From a virus (Duplodnaviria > Caudoviricetes): a stretch of 43,270 nt of DNA. Location: the IMG/VR virus record IMGVR_UViG_3300046000_006159, positions 1 to 43,270 of that record; one strand, written 5' to 3'. This document shows, piece after piece, positions 27,002-36,289 of this stretch. Each line of letters opens with the position of its first letter. Position 1 is the stretch's first letter. The position numbers and the translations under genes were made by a program. Under the pieces are notes generated by a model. It was given only the letters and a program-made list of their open reading frames with translations, made no database searches and was not told the DNA's origin.

Positions 27002-27093
27002 CCTGTAGCTTACTTTGTAAATTACCAAGATAGTTTTGCATAAATATGTCGAAAAACCTACAAAATTTCGACACGTTTTGAAGTTATGTCGAT

Positions 27094-27549
27094 TTATTTA
27101 GTTGGTTTCACCACTTCACCGACGCGGCGATATACCCTCTCGGTGATCTCTTGCTCGGTGTGACCGAGTAACTTACTTGCATGATCCAAGTCCATTTCGC
27201 TGGCTGCCTTCGGCCGAATATCCCTGAACTGAAAAGCGCGCACCTTAGCGGCGAGATCGTGATCGTCCTCAGCCTTTGCCTTAGCTTCGGCAAGATCGCG
27301 CGCCTGGTCGAATCGTAGGCGCAATGTGCCAGCGTTTAACGCTCTGCCCGCTGGTGTTGCTACTAAAAACAGACTGGTTACTTTGCGCTGCCTGTTCTTG
27401 ATCCGATCGATCACTGCACTAAGCTGGCTTCCCTCGATGGTGATCTTAAGTTTCTTTTTCGTTTTGTTCTGGGTGACTTCCAGCGCGCCGTCCTTGATGT
27501 CGGACAGTCGCATTTTCAAAACATCCGCCGTTAAGAACTCCGTTTGCAC
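27094..27549 (-). pseudogene. int: Tyrosine integrase, C-terminal fragment only
   Basis: Has QNKT, FRDIRPKAA, LLGH and VYRR. The sequence starts at ADVL, lacking the TGxR box-I arginine and all N-terminal domains; no good start or SD. Confidence 0.8.
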
Positions 27550-27718
27550 GTTGTTTCCTTTCCCTGTGTTTGTCCGCTTGTACTTTGCGACGGCAAGAGT
27601 TGTGCGCTAACTTGTGCGGCATATTTGTGTGGACAGGATCCCCACAGACAACGCACGGCTCATGCAATTTGAAGGCCCTCGGCTTGTACTTCGCTATTGA
27701 TATTTTGAATTTGGGCAT
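27446..27718 (-). CDS. Small basic CxxC...HxxC protein; C-terminus probably a read-through into int sequence
   Basis: CVVCG...HNSC; the last ~28 codons overlap int in another frame. Confidence 0.55.
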   Translation of the reverse strand: MPKFKISIAKYKPRAFKLHEPCVVCGDPVHTNMPHKLAHNSCRRKVQADKHRERKQRANGVLNGGCFENATVRHQGRRAGSHPEQNEKET

Positions 27719-27854
27719 GGCGTCTTTCCCGCTTGCGACGTTTAAGTTCTTTGCTGTACTTGTCCGCGTTTTTAGAAGCGATTGCCTGCGCTTCTCGCCA
27801 CCGCTTACATAGGAGCAAAAGCTCGGTGTCGCTTAACTCGTTTATGTTTTCCAT
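27660..27854 (-). CDS. Hypothetical protein
   Basis: SD AGGAG upstream; fits the operon packing. Confidence 0.6.
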   Translation of the reverse strand: MENINELSDTELLLLCKRWREAQAIASKNADKYSKELKRRKRERRHAQIQNINSEVQAEGLQIA

Positions 27855-28133
27855 CTATCGACTCCTAAACGTATTACATACGACACTGGAAAAACCCACA
27901 GGGCAAAACGTCACCGGTTCTTTGTATTCGTACCAACCATCTTCGGAATGGTGCTGGTAAATCGAGTGCGGAATATAAACTGGGTGAAATATCCTCGGTG
28001 CAACATGCTTAGACGCGTGGCCAGACGCGTGACCAGCGTGGCCCCCTTTCGCAGAAGCGACTGGAGTCAGCGAGGCAAACAAAACGCTAACAATTACCAC
28101 CATTTTTATTAGTAAATCACGTTCTTTGTACAT
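27855..28133 (-). CDS. Hypothetical His-rich protein with signal-peptide-like segment
   Basis: KMVVIVSVLFASLTPVASA followed by GGHAGHASGHASKH; abuts both neighbours. Confidence 0.6.
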   Translation of the reverse strand: MYKERDLLIKMVVIVSVLFASLTPVASAKGGHAGHASGHASKHVAPRIFHPVYIPHSIYQHHSEDGWYEYKEPVTFCPVGFSSVVCNTFRSR

Positions 28134-28595
28134 CTAATAGCCCCCATCGCCTTGTAATTGAACCCTTACGGTTTCCGGTTTATTCAATCGTGCGCGTAGC
28201 GCCTTCATTTCATACGCCGCTTTTTTGTGTGCTGGCGCGAAGTCCCCGCGTAAGAACAGCTTCATCAAAGGGGGCGTCTGGTCTTTGAGGTCGCGCGCTA
28301 CCAACTCCTGTGAGCGTTCGCCTTTAGCGGGGTGTTTCTTAGGGACGAGGCGCTGGGTGGATTTCCTGATGCGCGTTGTATCTGGGTATCGTTGCGTCCG
28401 GCGGTAATCCAATGCCAACGCCCAAAAGTTATTCTTCTCTGCCCACGCGTTGCACTCGTCCTTATCAAACCAGTTCTTGCGCTTGTAAGTTTTAATCGGA
28501 TTTGGAGCGCCTATCCCTAGCCTCCCTGAGCAGAACATCACAACGGAAACCCCAAAAATCTCGGCGGCTTGCTTTGAGTCAATCAGTTCAGCCAT
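28134..28595 (-). CDS. Protein with N-terminal AlpA/Xis-like HTH
   Basis: LIDSKQAAEIFGVS...PNPI...WFDKDECNAW. Confidence 0.55.
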   Translation of the reverse strand: MAELIDSKQAAEIFGVSVVMFCSGRLGIGAPNPIKTYKRKNWFDKDECNAWAEKNNFWALALDYRRTQRYPDTTRIRKSTQRLVPKKHPAKGERSQELVARDLKDQTPPLMKLFLRGDFAPAHKKAAYEMKALRARLNKPETVRVQLQGDGGY

Positions 28596-28821
28596 GTTTA
28601 GCACCCGCTTTGTTTTCCATTGAGATCAGCAAATCCAAAAAGTGCTGGGCTTTCTTCAAGTCCTGGATGCCGCCTTTGTTACGCCACCGGGTGACATACT
28701 TGATGATGTTGCCTTCGATAAAGGGAATGTTGTTTTTATGGATATACTCGACCGGCTGAATCGCAAGATCTTTGTAGTGGCTGCCGCCTACCTGGACGAC
28801 TAAAGGGTTTTCTGTTGACAT
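28588..28821 (-). CDS. DUF3310 (SaV-like / T7 gp1.7-like) protein
   Basis: QVGGSHYK...IQP...FIEGNIIKYVTRWRNKGGIQDLKKA. Confidence 0.85.
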   Translation of the reverse strand: MSTENPLVVQVGGSHYKDLAIQPVEYIHKNNIPFIEGNIIKYVTRWRNKGGIQDLKKAQHFLDLLISMENKAGAKHG

Positions 28822-30212
28822 TATTCTTTCCTCGATTTCATTGCTTCTAAAAGTAAGTCCTGCACTTCGCGCTTAGTTTCGCGTCGTGACATTACCACCT
28901 CGTCCACCGTGCCAGCGGTGACGATGTAGTGAATAAAGACGGGCCGGTCGTATCCGGCCTGCGCTTGTCGGGTTGGCCCAATCCGTTCGATGATCTGCTG
29001 GAATTGTTCAAGATCCCACCAATGACCGAAGAACGCTAGGATGTTGCCGCCGTCTTGAAGGTTTAGGCCGTGGCCCGCCGACGCAGGGTGAGCGAAAAGA
29101 ATCGGTACTTTCCCGGCGTTCCAGTCGCGGATAACATTAGGATCAGCGCCAAGTTCCCGACCTTGAGGGAACGCTGCGCGTAACCGGGTGAGGTCGTGCT
29201 TGAAGTGGTAAGCCACCAGAACAGGCATCCCGGCAGCCTCTTCGACGATCGACTCAAGGGCTTTGATCTTTTCATTGTGTACCTCGGTGTGTTTGGTTCG
29301 GGTGTCGTCGGTATAGATTGCACCGTTAGCAAGCTGCAAGCACTTGATGGTCTTGCTCGCCGCGTTGAACGCTTCGATCTGCGCGCCGCATTCCAACTCT
29401 AAGAACATTTCTTTTTCCATGTCTTTATAAAGCTGGCGCGCTTTAGGTGGAAGTTGCACCCGAATCACGTTGACGATCGGCTCGGCGATGTCAAAGTAAT
29501 CCTTGGCGTTTAGCGCGATACAAAGGTCGCGCACCTTGTCCTCGATTTGCGTTTGGGCAAACGGTAATGGCGTGACTTGCGTTGCGGTGCGGTCGCTGCC
29601 CACCTGGATCGATTGAAACCATCGATTAGTGAAAGCGGTAAAGCTGCTACCCAAGCGCGCGCCTTTATCTAAGAACCAGGTCTGACCCCATAAATCCTGC
29701 AATCCGTTTGGGCTTGGGGTGCCTGTCAAGTTGATAAACCGGTTGGCTTTGCAGTGTGCAACGCGCGCCAATTCCCGCGCGCGCTTTCCACCTTGCTTGA
29801 GCCGGAAACCTTTGAGCCGGGTTGACTCATCCGCTACGATCTTTTTAAAAGGCCAGTCCGCGCCGAAGTGTTCTACTAACCACGGGATGTTTTCGTAATT
29901 GATTGTAAAGATCGTCGCGTCAGTTTGTAATGCTTTACGCCGCGCGGCGGCATCGCCCACCACGGCCGAGATCTTGACGTTGCTTAAGTGATCCCACTTG
30001 GCAGCTTCGTCAGGCCAGGTGGTTGCGGCGACGCGAAGCGGGGCGAGTACCAACGCGGGGCCTGGCTCGACGATCTCCAAGATGTCCAACGCGGTCAGTG
30101 TTGATACTGTTTTACCCATACCCATGCCCGCCCACACCGAACAACGCGGGTTGTCCACAATATGCTCGATGATTGTGGCTTGGTATTCGCGGGGGGTAAA
30201 TATCCTACGCAT
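28821..30212 (-). CDS. SNF2-family helicase
   Basis: GMGMGKT, DES, LTGTP, SAGHGLNLQ and QIIERIG..RQ motifs. Confidence 0.93.
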   Translation of the reverse strand: MRRIFTPREYQATIIEHIVDNPRCSVWAGMGMGKTVSTLTALDILEIVEPGPALVLAPLRVAATTWPDEAAKWDHLSNVKISAVVGDAAARRKALQTDATIFTINYENIPWLVEHFGADWPFKKIVADESTRLKGFRLKQGGKRARELARVAHCKANRFINLTGTPSPNGLQDLWGQTWFLDKGARLGSSFTAFTNRWFQSIQVGSDRTATQVTPLPFAQTQIEDKVRDLCIALNAKDYFDIAEPIVNVIRVQLPPKARQLYKDMEKEMFLELECGAQIEAFNAASKTIKCLQLANGAIYTDDTRTKHTEVHNEKIKALESIVEEAAGMPVLVAYHFKHDLTRLRAAFPQGRELGADPNVIRDWNAGKVPILFAHPASAGHGLNLQDGGNILAFFGHWWDLEQFQQIIERIGPTRQAQAGYDRPVFIHYIVTAGTVDEVVMSRRETKREVQDLLLEAMKSRKE

Positions 30213-30333
30213 CGTCGCCTTCCGCTTCCAACATTAGTTCCATGATTCGACCGACAAGGATCCAGCAAACGCCACCGAGCGCAATCAGAATAATCAAGGG
30301 TGAAAGTAATAGGCTGATAATGAAACGACTCAT
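30205..30333 (-). CDS. Small membrane protein, 42 aa (MSRFIISLLLSPLIILIALGG...), not in ORF track
   Basis: ATGA overlap with the VRR-NUC stop; fills the gap to the helicase. Confidence 0.6.
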   Translation of the reverse strand: MSRFIISLLLSPLIILIALGGVCWILVGRIMELMLEAEGDDA

Positions 30334-30620
30334 AACAAACCTCCAACTGATACTTCAACGATCAGTTTGTCTACACCTTCGAAAGAATCAATCACCACCA
30401 CGGTTTGCCCAGCGCGTCGCATACGTTCATGCTCGCGGATCTGGTGCGGGTTGGCGCGCTTTGTGCCTGGGCGTTTTAACTCAACCCAGATCGTCTTGCC
30501 TTCAAACATGATGACGCGATCCGGCGCACCGTTGCGCCCGATCCAGCGCAACTTGCGAACCTCGCCACCGATTGCCTTGGCTTGCTCGACTAAGTAATCT
30601 TCAACTTCAATCTCTCTCAT
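30330..30620 (-). CDS. VRR-NUC domain nuclease
   Basis: GAPDR...WVELKRPG...Q..EH motif. Confidence 0.9.
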   Translation of the reverse strand: MREIEVEDYLVEQAKAIGGEVRKLRWIGRNGAPDRVIMFEGKTIWVELKRPGTKRANPHQIREHERMRRAGQTVVVIDSFEGVDKLIVEVSVGGLL

Positions 30621-30874
30621 TTTCCCAACCTTGCTATCGCTCTTTTAGTTGCTACCGGGCCTAAGCCTTTGCCACACCTGCTCACTTTCTTTTTAAACCA
30701 TTCAAGATGCTGCTGGGTATTAAGCACTTTGTATTTTGTGCCAACAATTGGCAGCTCAAAGTGAACGTACCCAAAGGGCGCGGCGTTTTCCGGTAAAGCA
30801 ACAAGCAACGCCAAATCGATTTGCGCCAGAAGCCAATCTTTAAAACTTGCATAGCCTTCTAAATCTTTGCTCAT
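30617..30874 (-). CDS. Hypothetical protein
   Basis: ATGA-coupled to both neighbours. Confidence 0.65.
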   Translation of the reverse strand: MSKDLEGYASFKDWLLAQIDLALLVALPENAAPFGYVHFELPIVGTKYKVLNTQQHLEWFKKKVSRCGKGLGPVATKRAIARLGK

Positions 30875-31044
30875 TTAAAACCTCGCGCTTGTTTAATTCG
30901 ATGGCATCGTTTGTGGCTGACTTTCTTATCGCCTCGGTGTTTACCGCAGATCTCGCAATTGGGAGTGGCTGGAAGGCCGCCACTCGATCGCTTTGCGCGT
31001 TGCAACTCCTTACCGTAATCTCTCAGCCTGATTAGTCTGGTCAT
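30871..31044 (-). CDS. Small basic CxxC...HxxC protein, 57 aa (MTRLIRLRDYG...CEICGKH...HKRC), not in ORF track
   Basis: Read directly; its stop overlaps the next ATG. Confidence 0.6.
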   Translation of the reverse strand: MTRLIRLRDYGKELQRAKRSSGGLPATPNCEICGKHRGDKKVSHKRCHRIKQARGFK

Positions 31045-31303
31045 CTTGGCTATCCAATAGTTCTTTCACGTCTGCTAGTGCGCGTGTTCCCATGTCGATT
31101 ATCAAATCGTCAGTGAGCATATCGAAGGCTTTGTTGCGGTCGTCCACGTTCTCAAACTTAAAACGCTGTGCGCTGATGTCCAGCCGTTCGTCCTGTGGAT
31201 CGAACCACACCATTACCATCGGGTGGCCTTCTTGTTCGTCCGTTACTTTCATCGCAACGAACTGGTGGCCTTCGTGTATAACTTCTTTGCAAAAAATACT
31301 CAT
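31010..31303 (-). CDS. Hypothetical acidic protein
   Basis: TAATG-coupled to the polymerase stop. Confidence 0.65.
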   Translation of the reverse strand: MSIFCKEVIHEGHQFVAMKVTDEQEGHPMVMVWFDPQDERLDISAQRFKFENVDDRNKAFDMLTDDLIIDMGTRALADVKELLDSQDDQTNQAERLR

Positions 31304-33363
31304 TAGTCTTTCCGGTATCTGTAGGCTTCAAATCCGGCCGCCGCTAAAGGCAAGCCGTCAGCCCATTGGGGTTTGTCCACCATCAAGGCGGATAGGTGAT
31401 CCGCGTTGTAGTGGGGTTGGCCAGGGGCTTCGGCGATGATCTCGTCGTGAACCGTCAAAACGATTTCATAACCGGCAACCTCAATTGGTGCCATGCTCGC
31501 CGCCAGTACGTCGCGGGCAACTGCCTGTGTGACGTTCTCCGCCAGCTTGCCGCCGTAGGTTTGCAACGACGACCACTTGCGCGAATACTGGTTGATCCCT
31601 TTGTAGGTGATCTTGCTGTCCCGCATCTGCGCGCTGGGGTAGCACAGGCAGCGGCCGCTGGGTAAACGGATTCGAAGCCAGGCGCCGTCACATCGCACAA
31701 CCAAACGGCGGCAAGCGTAGGACGTGCCTTTATTGCTAAGGGCAACAATCACCGAGTCTTGCAGTTCTGCCCAGAACGCCACCACGTTTGGGTGGGCGTT
31801 GCGCCAAGAGCGTTTGAAAGCGTCGCACGTTTGCCACGCGCGGCTTGATAATCCAAAGGTGGCGTTGCGTTTGACCGCGTAGCCGTAACCTCTTGCGGTT
31901 TCTGCCTTGATGTCGTCCGGTATCGTTGACCAGGCTTGATCGCCCATCGCTTCAAGGTCGATGCCGTAGGCAGCGGCGAAGGTTAAGAACGCGCCGACAC
32001 CGCCTTCGTAGCCAAGCGCCAGCTCTTGCACTTTACCGACTTGGCGATCGTCCTTGGTGACGTCTTCGGGCTTGATGCCAAACGATTTGGCATAGGCGAG
32101 TTTGTACAGATCGTGGCCGGTGCCTTGGTCAAAATCTTCAAAGGCTTTGATCTTCCAATCTTCCCCGGCAAGCCAAGCCAACACGCGGCCTTCGATGTTG
32201 GATAAATCGGCGACCACTAGCTTTTTACCTTCGGGTGCAATTAGGCAACCGCGAATCGCGCTACTGGTCAATTGCATCACGTCGTCGAAGATTAAATCTT
32301 CGCTGTCCGATTTCATGGCGGCGATGCCTAGATCGATTTTGTCCTGCTTTAAAACAGGGCGCGGTAAATTCTGGGGTTGAAACAACCGACCGGCCCAACG
32401 GCCTGTCCGACTTGCACCGTCAAACTGCAAGGTGCCGCGCAATCGGTCGTCGCTACTGACACCGTTAATTAGGGTGCGGTATTTAGCGGTGCTAGTTGAA
32501 CTCGCCGCAACACGGATCGCCAACAACTCGCGCAACTCCACCGGTAAACTGGTGTCGTTGATCCTGCGCTCTAATGTTGATTGCTGCATATCCGGCAACT
32601 CAACGTCATAGGCTTCAAGCAAATGCTTTAACAATGCGTCGCGTTGGGTGGCGGCTTGCACTGCGCCGCCGGTCATTTCTTGCACGCGCTTGGCGTGTCC
32701 TTTCTGCGCGCGGTCTACTGCACGGATCGCAGCGCGGGCCAACTCAACATCCACCATCACGCCGCGATCGTTGATCTTTTGATCGAGGTGCCATAGCGCC
32801 AACTCGTCGCCTTGGTAATTCCAGATTGGCATTTTCTTTTTAATCGCACGCATGGCTTCAATGTCGCGGCCCGCGTAGGCAACAAATTTTTCCCATTCGA
32901 CTGGGTGGGTTTCGCGCGTTGCGCGGTGGATCTTGCTGCTGGTAGGTCGCGGTTTACAGAACAGCATCACTAGCTGTCTGCCTTCCTTATCCTTCGCCTG
33001 GTCAGCATCGACGCCCAAGATGTCGCACAGATCACCTAAACCGCCAGGTAAGGAATGGGCCATTGCTTGCACCATCGTGTCGATCCAGCGGTTTGGGTAG
33101 CGTGCAATAAAGTAGCCGCGGTGTTTTAACACCGTTCTATCAAAGCCGGTGTTATGCGCGCACACCGTGGTGGTTGAACTACGAAGCGCGAGGTCTAACT
33201 CTGCGGGGATCTGCAAGTCTTGTGTGCAATCCCATACCTTGACCGGGCCTTCGTCGATCGCGTAGGCAAACAGCAGTATCTCTACGTTTTCAGCGTAGCG
33301 ATGTGCGCCGTTTTTAATCGGCGTTTCGCAATAGGTTTCAAGGTCAAGGTACAAGATGCTCAT
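31303..33363 (-). CDS. DNA polymerase, family A (APSE/BPP-1-like), with 3'-5' exonuclease
   Basis: DLET, AHN.GFDR, TGRWAGR..QPQNLPR, DLSNIEGR, R..GK..ELALGY and VHDE motifs. Confidence 0.95.
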   Translation of the reverse strand: MSILYLDLETYCETPIKNGAHRYAENVEILLFAYAIDEGPVKVWDCTQDLQIPAELDLALRSSTTTVCAHNTGFDRTVLKHRGYFIARYPNRWIDTMVQAMAHSLPGGLGDLCDILGVDADQAKDKEGRQLVMLFCKPRPTSSKIHRATRETHPVEWEKFVAYAGRDIEAMRAIKKKMPIWNYQGDELALWHLDQKINDRGVMVDVELARAAIRAVDRAQKGHAKRVQEMTGGAVQAATQRDALLKHLLEAYDVELPDMQQSTLERRINDTSLPVELRELLAIRVAASSTSTAKYRTLINGVSSDDRLRGTLQFDGASRTGRWAGRLFQPQNLPRPVLKQDKIDLGIAAMKSDSEDLIFDDVMQLTSSAIRGCLIAPEGKKLVVADLSNIEGRVLAWLAGEDWKIKAFEDFDQGTGHDLYKLAYAKSFGIKPEDVTKDDRQVGKVQELALGYEGGVGAFLTFAAAYGIDLEAMGDQAWSTIPDDIKAETARGYGYAVKRNATFGLSSRAWQTCDAFKRSWRNAHPNVVAFWAELQDSVIVALSNKGTSYACRRLVVRCDGAWLRIRLPSGRCLCYPSAQMRDSKITYKGINQYSRKWSSLQTYGGKLAENVTQAVARDVLAASMAPIEVAGYEIVLTVHDEIIAEAPGQPHYNADHLSALMVDKPQWADGLPLAAAGFEAYRYRKD

Positions 33364-33375
33364 TCACTTTCTCTA

Positions 33376-33522
33376 TCAGGATTCAATTAACAAGTAAGAC
33401 AACACCAGGGTGGTGCTTAAAAACAAAGCGGTCAGCAAACGAAACAGCGTTGTGCGTTCTGTCGCGTGCTTAAGTTCCAAGTCATACGTGCGCAAAACAT
33501 CTTCAAGATCTTGGTTGCTCAT
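33376..33522 (-). CDS. Small membrane protein, 48 aa (MSNQDLEDVL...), not in ORF track
   Basis: Read directly; C-terminal hydrophobic helix; fills an operon gap. Confidence 0.55.
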   Translation of the reverse strand: MSNQDLEDVLRTYDLELKHATERTTLFRLLTALFLSTTLVLSYLLIES

Positions 33523-33531
33523 GGTTAATTC

Positions 33532-33711
33532 TCAGCTAAGTAGTTGGATTCGGCTTTCGTCTTTCGGCTTGTCACCGATTGATGAGATCATGTTGGCAGC
33601 AACGCGCTGGGCGGGGGTTGCCTCATCCCCACATAGCACAGGCTCGCATACCGCGCTGACCGAAACTTCGCCGCTCTCGTTGTCTTGAATGGTGATGACG
33701 ATCAAGGCCAT
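33532..33711 (-). CDS. Hypothetical protein, 59 aa (MALIVITIQDNE...)
   Basis: Internal ATG of the tracked ORF, just after the DUF2815 stop. Confidence 0.65.
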   Translation of the reverse strand: MALIVITIQDNESGEVSVSAVCEPVLCGDEATPAQRVAANMISSIGDKPKDESRIQLLS

Positions 33712-33715
33712 GAGA

Positions 33716-34267
33716 TCACCACAAATCTGCTTCTGCGGTTGCACCTTCTGCGATGTCGTCGAACTCGTCGTCTTTCGCAGTACCACCACCGGCGAAGGCA
33801 TCTCCGTCTTTAACAAACTGGATACCGCGAAGGCTGGCATTGATGCGCTTGCCGTATTTGTTGTCCTGCGCCCATAGTTCGATAGAAGCGTTGACGTAGC
33901 AACCCGCGTACGGTTTGCCGTCTACTTGGTTCAAAGGCGTTTTGTCTTTATCGATGACCAGCGGGCGTGTCTTATTGCGCGCGCTAATGTAAAGCATCCC
34001 TTGGAAGCCTTCGCATTCAGACTTCAAGTCGCCGTTGTGCAATGCGGTTTTATCGCTTGCAATAATGCGCTTCATGTTCTCTTCGGCTTTTGCGCCCCAT
34101 TTTTCACGGGCGACTTCTTCGATCGCGGCTTTGATTGCTGGGATCTGTGGATCTTTAGGATCGATCAAAAGCGCAGCGGAAAAAGCCGGTTCACCTTCAC
34201 CGTTGACTGTCTTTGCTTCGAACAATTGTGGGAACGCCAAACGGGCGTTGTTGATTCTTAGAGCCAT
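33716..34267 (-). CDS. DUF2815 family ssDNA-binding protein (T7 gp2.5-like)
   Basis: RLAFPQLF, YAGCYVNA, L.GIQFVKDGDAF and an acidic C-terminal tail. Confidence 0.9.
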   Translation of the reverse strand: MALRINNARLAFPQLFEAKTVNGEGEPAFSAALLIDPKDPQIPAIKAAIEEVAREKWGAKAEENMKRIIASDKTALHNGDLKSECEGFQGMLYISARNKTRPLVIDKDKTPLNQVDGKPYAGCYVNASIELWAQDNKYGKRINASLRGIQFVKDGDAFAGGGTAKDDEFDDIAEGATAEADLW

Positions 34268-34277
34268 GTTGATTACC

Positions 34278-34448
34278 TCATTTAAAAAATAGTGGATACA
34301 TCTGTTTAACTTTTTTGGTGGCGATTCCGATGGCGCGTTGCCGCGCCAAAGGATCGTCAGCCGTGTTCTTCACCCGTGCCGCGTCCTGCAATAGCTTTCT
34401 TGCTAGTGGCGGTAAGAGGGTTGACTCTTGCGGCACGGGTGCGGTCAT
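34278..34448 (-). CDS. Hypothetical protein, 56 aa (MTAPVPQESTLLPP...YPLFFK), not in ORF track
   Basis: ATGA overlap with the DUF2800 stop. Confidence 0.65.
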   Translation of the reverse strand: MTAPVPQESTLLPPLARKLLQDAARVKNTADDPLARQRAIGIATKKVKQMYPLFFK

Positions 34449-35713
34449 ACCAAGTCCTCGAACGCTTCGGGTTGCGCTAGGTTCTCGAACTCATCCTCGG
34501 CCGCTTGCAGTACCAACGCGGGCCGTTTGTCTGATGCGGGCGCAACACTGGGTTTGCCTTGCGCTTGGGTAATCATTGACTGCAACTTAGGCCATTGACG
34601 CGGGCCGATGGTGCCGTCTTTGAAGGCTTCCTCCGCTGACGTTGGGCTTATCAATTTCAAGTCGTACATCACGTCTTGTTTGATCCGCATCTTTTTCATT
34701 TCAGATTCGACTTCGGCAGCGTCGCCCCATGCTCTTGCACCTCGGCGACCTTCAACCAGTTTGAAACCTGGCACGTCACGTCCGGCAAACAGCTCGGCTT
34801 CGGCTTGCGCCCGTATGCCTTTGCACCAGCTTTCGATGAAATCCATCGATGCAAGCAAGTTGCCAATTTGATCGTTAGTTAATGCGTCGCTGGTTGCCGC
34901 TTCAATTTGCGGCGCGATTGGCGCGTCCAGATCGACAAACTCGTCGGTGATGGTTTCCATCACTTTCTCTGTGAGCGCAGCGCATTTGCCTTTCGCTTTG
35001 CAAAAACCGCATTGCTTTTCACCAGGCCAGTAGAAACCGGATTCGCTGGTCTGGCTTAAGGCTTTCCCTGCCGATTCGCTGGCCAGCTTGCAGATCTCTT
35101 GGATCCAGCCTTGGCCGGTTATCCAGCGATCAATGTGGTCGATGCGTGGTTGGCAGATAATCAATTCGATTTCGTCGAACTCTTCGCAAAATGCCCAATG
35201 CTCAATGGCACCGGCTGCGTAGAGTCCGAGTTGCAAATTGCTTTGTGCGTCTACCTTTACACCTCGGCCATATTTCAAATCGATGATCGTCAACTTGGTG
35301 CCGTTGATGATGACCGCGTCGGCTGTGCCTTTGGCACCAGCTTCGCTGGTGATGTGGCCGATGCTATACTTTTGCTCGACGTACAGATCACCGGCTTCGC
35401 CGCGTACCAAATCCAGATAGACTTGGACGTTCTCGACCATCTCATGGTTGACGTGAAACAGGTTGTAGCCGCGTGGCAAAGCCTCGTCGCCTTTCACCCA
35501 GATCTCGCCTTCGCTATGGACGGCAATTGTTTTGTTCAGGTATTCCTTGGCATCAACGCGCTCGATCAAACAGGTGGACGCTAGGAAATGCGCCGCGCTG
35601 CCTTCGTCTGCGAATTGGCTTGAGGTGTCTGGTATCCCTTCGGATAAAAAGACACTGCCAGGGCATGGGATCCAGCGGTGTGCTGCGCTGGGGCTAAGTT
35701 TGGCGTGTGCCAT
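34445..35713 (-). CDS. DUF2800 family Cas4-like PD-(D/E)xK exonuclease
   Basis: HAKLSPS.A.RW..CPGS, GTAD, IIDLKYGRG, QL..YA and C.FC.....C motifs; start from a TAATG overlap. Confidence 0.9.
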   Translation of the reverse strand: MAHAKLSPSAAHRWIPCPGSVFLSEGIPDTSSQFADEGSAAHFLASTCLIERVDAKEYLNKTIAVHSEGEIWVKGDEALPRGYNLFHVNHEMVENVQVYLDLVRGEAGDLYVEQKYSIGHITSEAGAKGTADAVIINGTKLTIIDLKYGRGVKVDAQSNLQLGLYAAGAIEHWAFCEEFDEIELIICQPRIDHIDRWITGQGWIQEICKLASESAGKALSQTSESGFYWPGEKQCGFCKAKGKCAALTEKVMETITDEFVDLDAPIAPQIEAATSDALTNDQIGNLLASMDFIESWCKGIRAQAEAELFAGRDVPGFKLVEGRRGARAWGDAAEVESEMKKMRIKQDVMYDLKLISPTSAEEAFKDGTIGPRQWPKLQSMITQAQGKPSVAPASDKRPALVLQAAEDEFENLAQPEAFEDLV

Positions 35714-35850
35714 TACGGTTTCTCCAGAATAATTCCAGCACGGGCTAGTAACCACGGCCATTTTGTAAAAAGCACACCAACGCCTTTTGGCAAAGGGGGG
35801 TTTAAGTTCTTTGCTTTTTTACCGATTCCTTCTTTGCGCCACTTTTTCAT
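35713..35850 (-). CDS. Small basic protein, 45 aa (MKKWRKEGIG...), not in ORF track
   Basis: Coupled on both sides (ATGA and TAATG). Confidence 0.6.
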   Translation of the reverse strand: MKKWRKEGIGKKAKNLNPPLPKGVGVLFTKWPWLLARAGIILEKP

Positions 35851-36260
35851 GCGGCCTCGCAAGCCGCTACGACTGCGGCGAAGTCTGACTCTTTGACTTC
35901 TGGCAGTTTGGCTGCGCCGAAATTTTTAAGCACTTCAATGGCGGCATCGCGGCCTTTAGCTTTGGCCAATTCTTGAATGGCCTTTGCTGCTTGATCGTAA
36001 GTAACGCCTTCCGCCTCGGTAGCTGGCTGCTCATCTTCAGCTTTTGCGCTACTTTTGGCGGTTTTCTTGGCGGCGACTTCGGGCTTTGCCGGATAGGCTT
36101 CGGCCATGTCGCTGGCAGTGTTTTCACCCACCGCTGCCTGGGGTTGGTTGACCTCGCCACCATCACGGATGGCGAGAGTTGGTGCGCTTCCAGATTGCAG
36201 GAAGGCAAGGAGGCTATGAAGAGCCGCTGTATTTTCTTGAATCGCTTGTTCTAATGGCAT
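35847..36260 (-). CDS. Conserved phage protein upstream of DUF2800
   Basis: MPLEQAIQENTAAL...KGRDAAIEVLKNFGAAKL.EV; SD GAGG. Confidence 0.8.
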   Translation of the reverse strand: MPLEQAIQENTAALHSLLAFLQSGSAPTLAIRDGGEVNQPQAAVGENTASDMAEAYPAKPEVAAKKTAKSSAKAEDEQPATEAEGVTYDQAAKAIQELAKAKGRDAAIEVLKNFGAAKLPEVKESDFAAVVAACEAA

Positions 36261-36289
36261 GATCTGTCCTCAATAGGTTAATAAAAATT

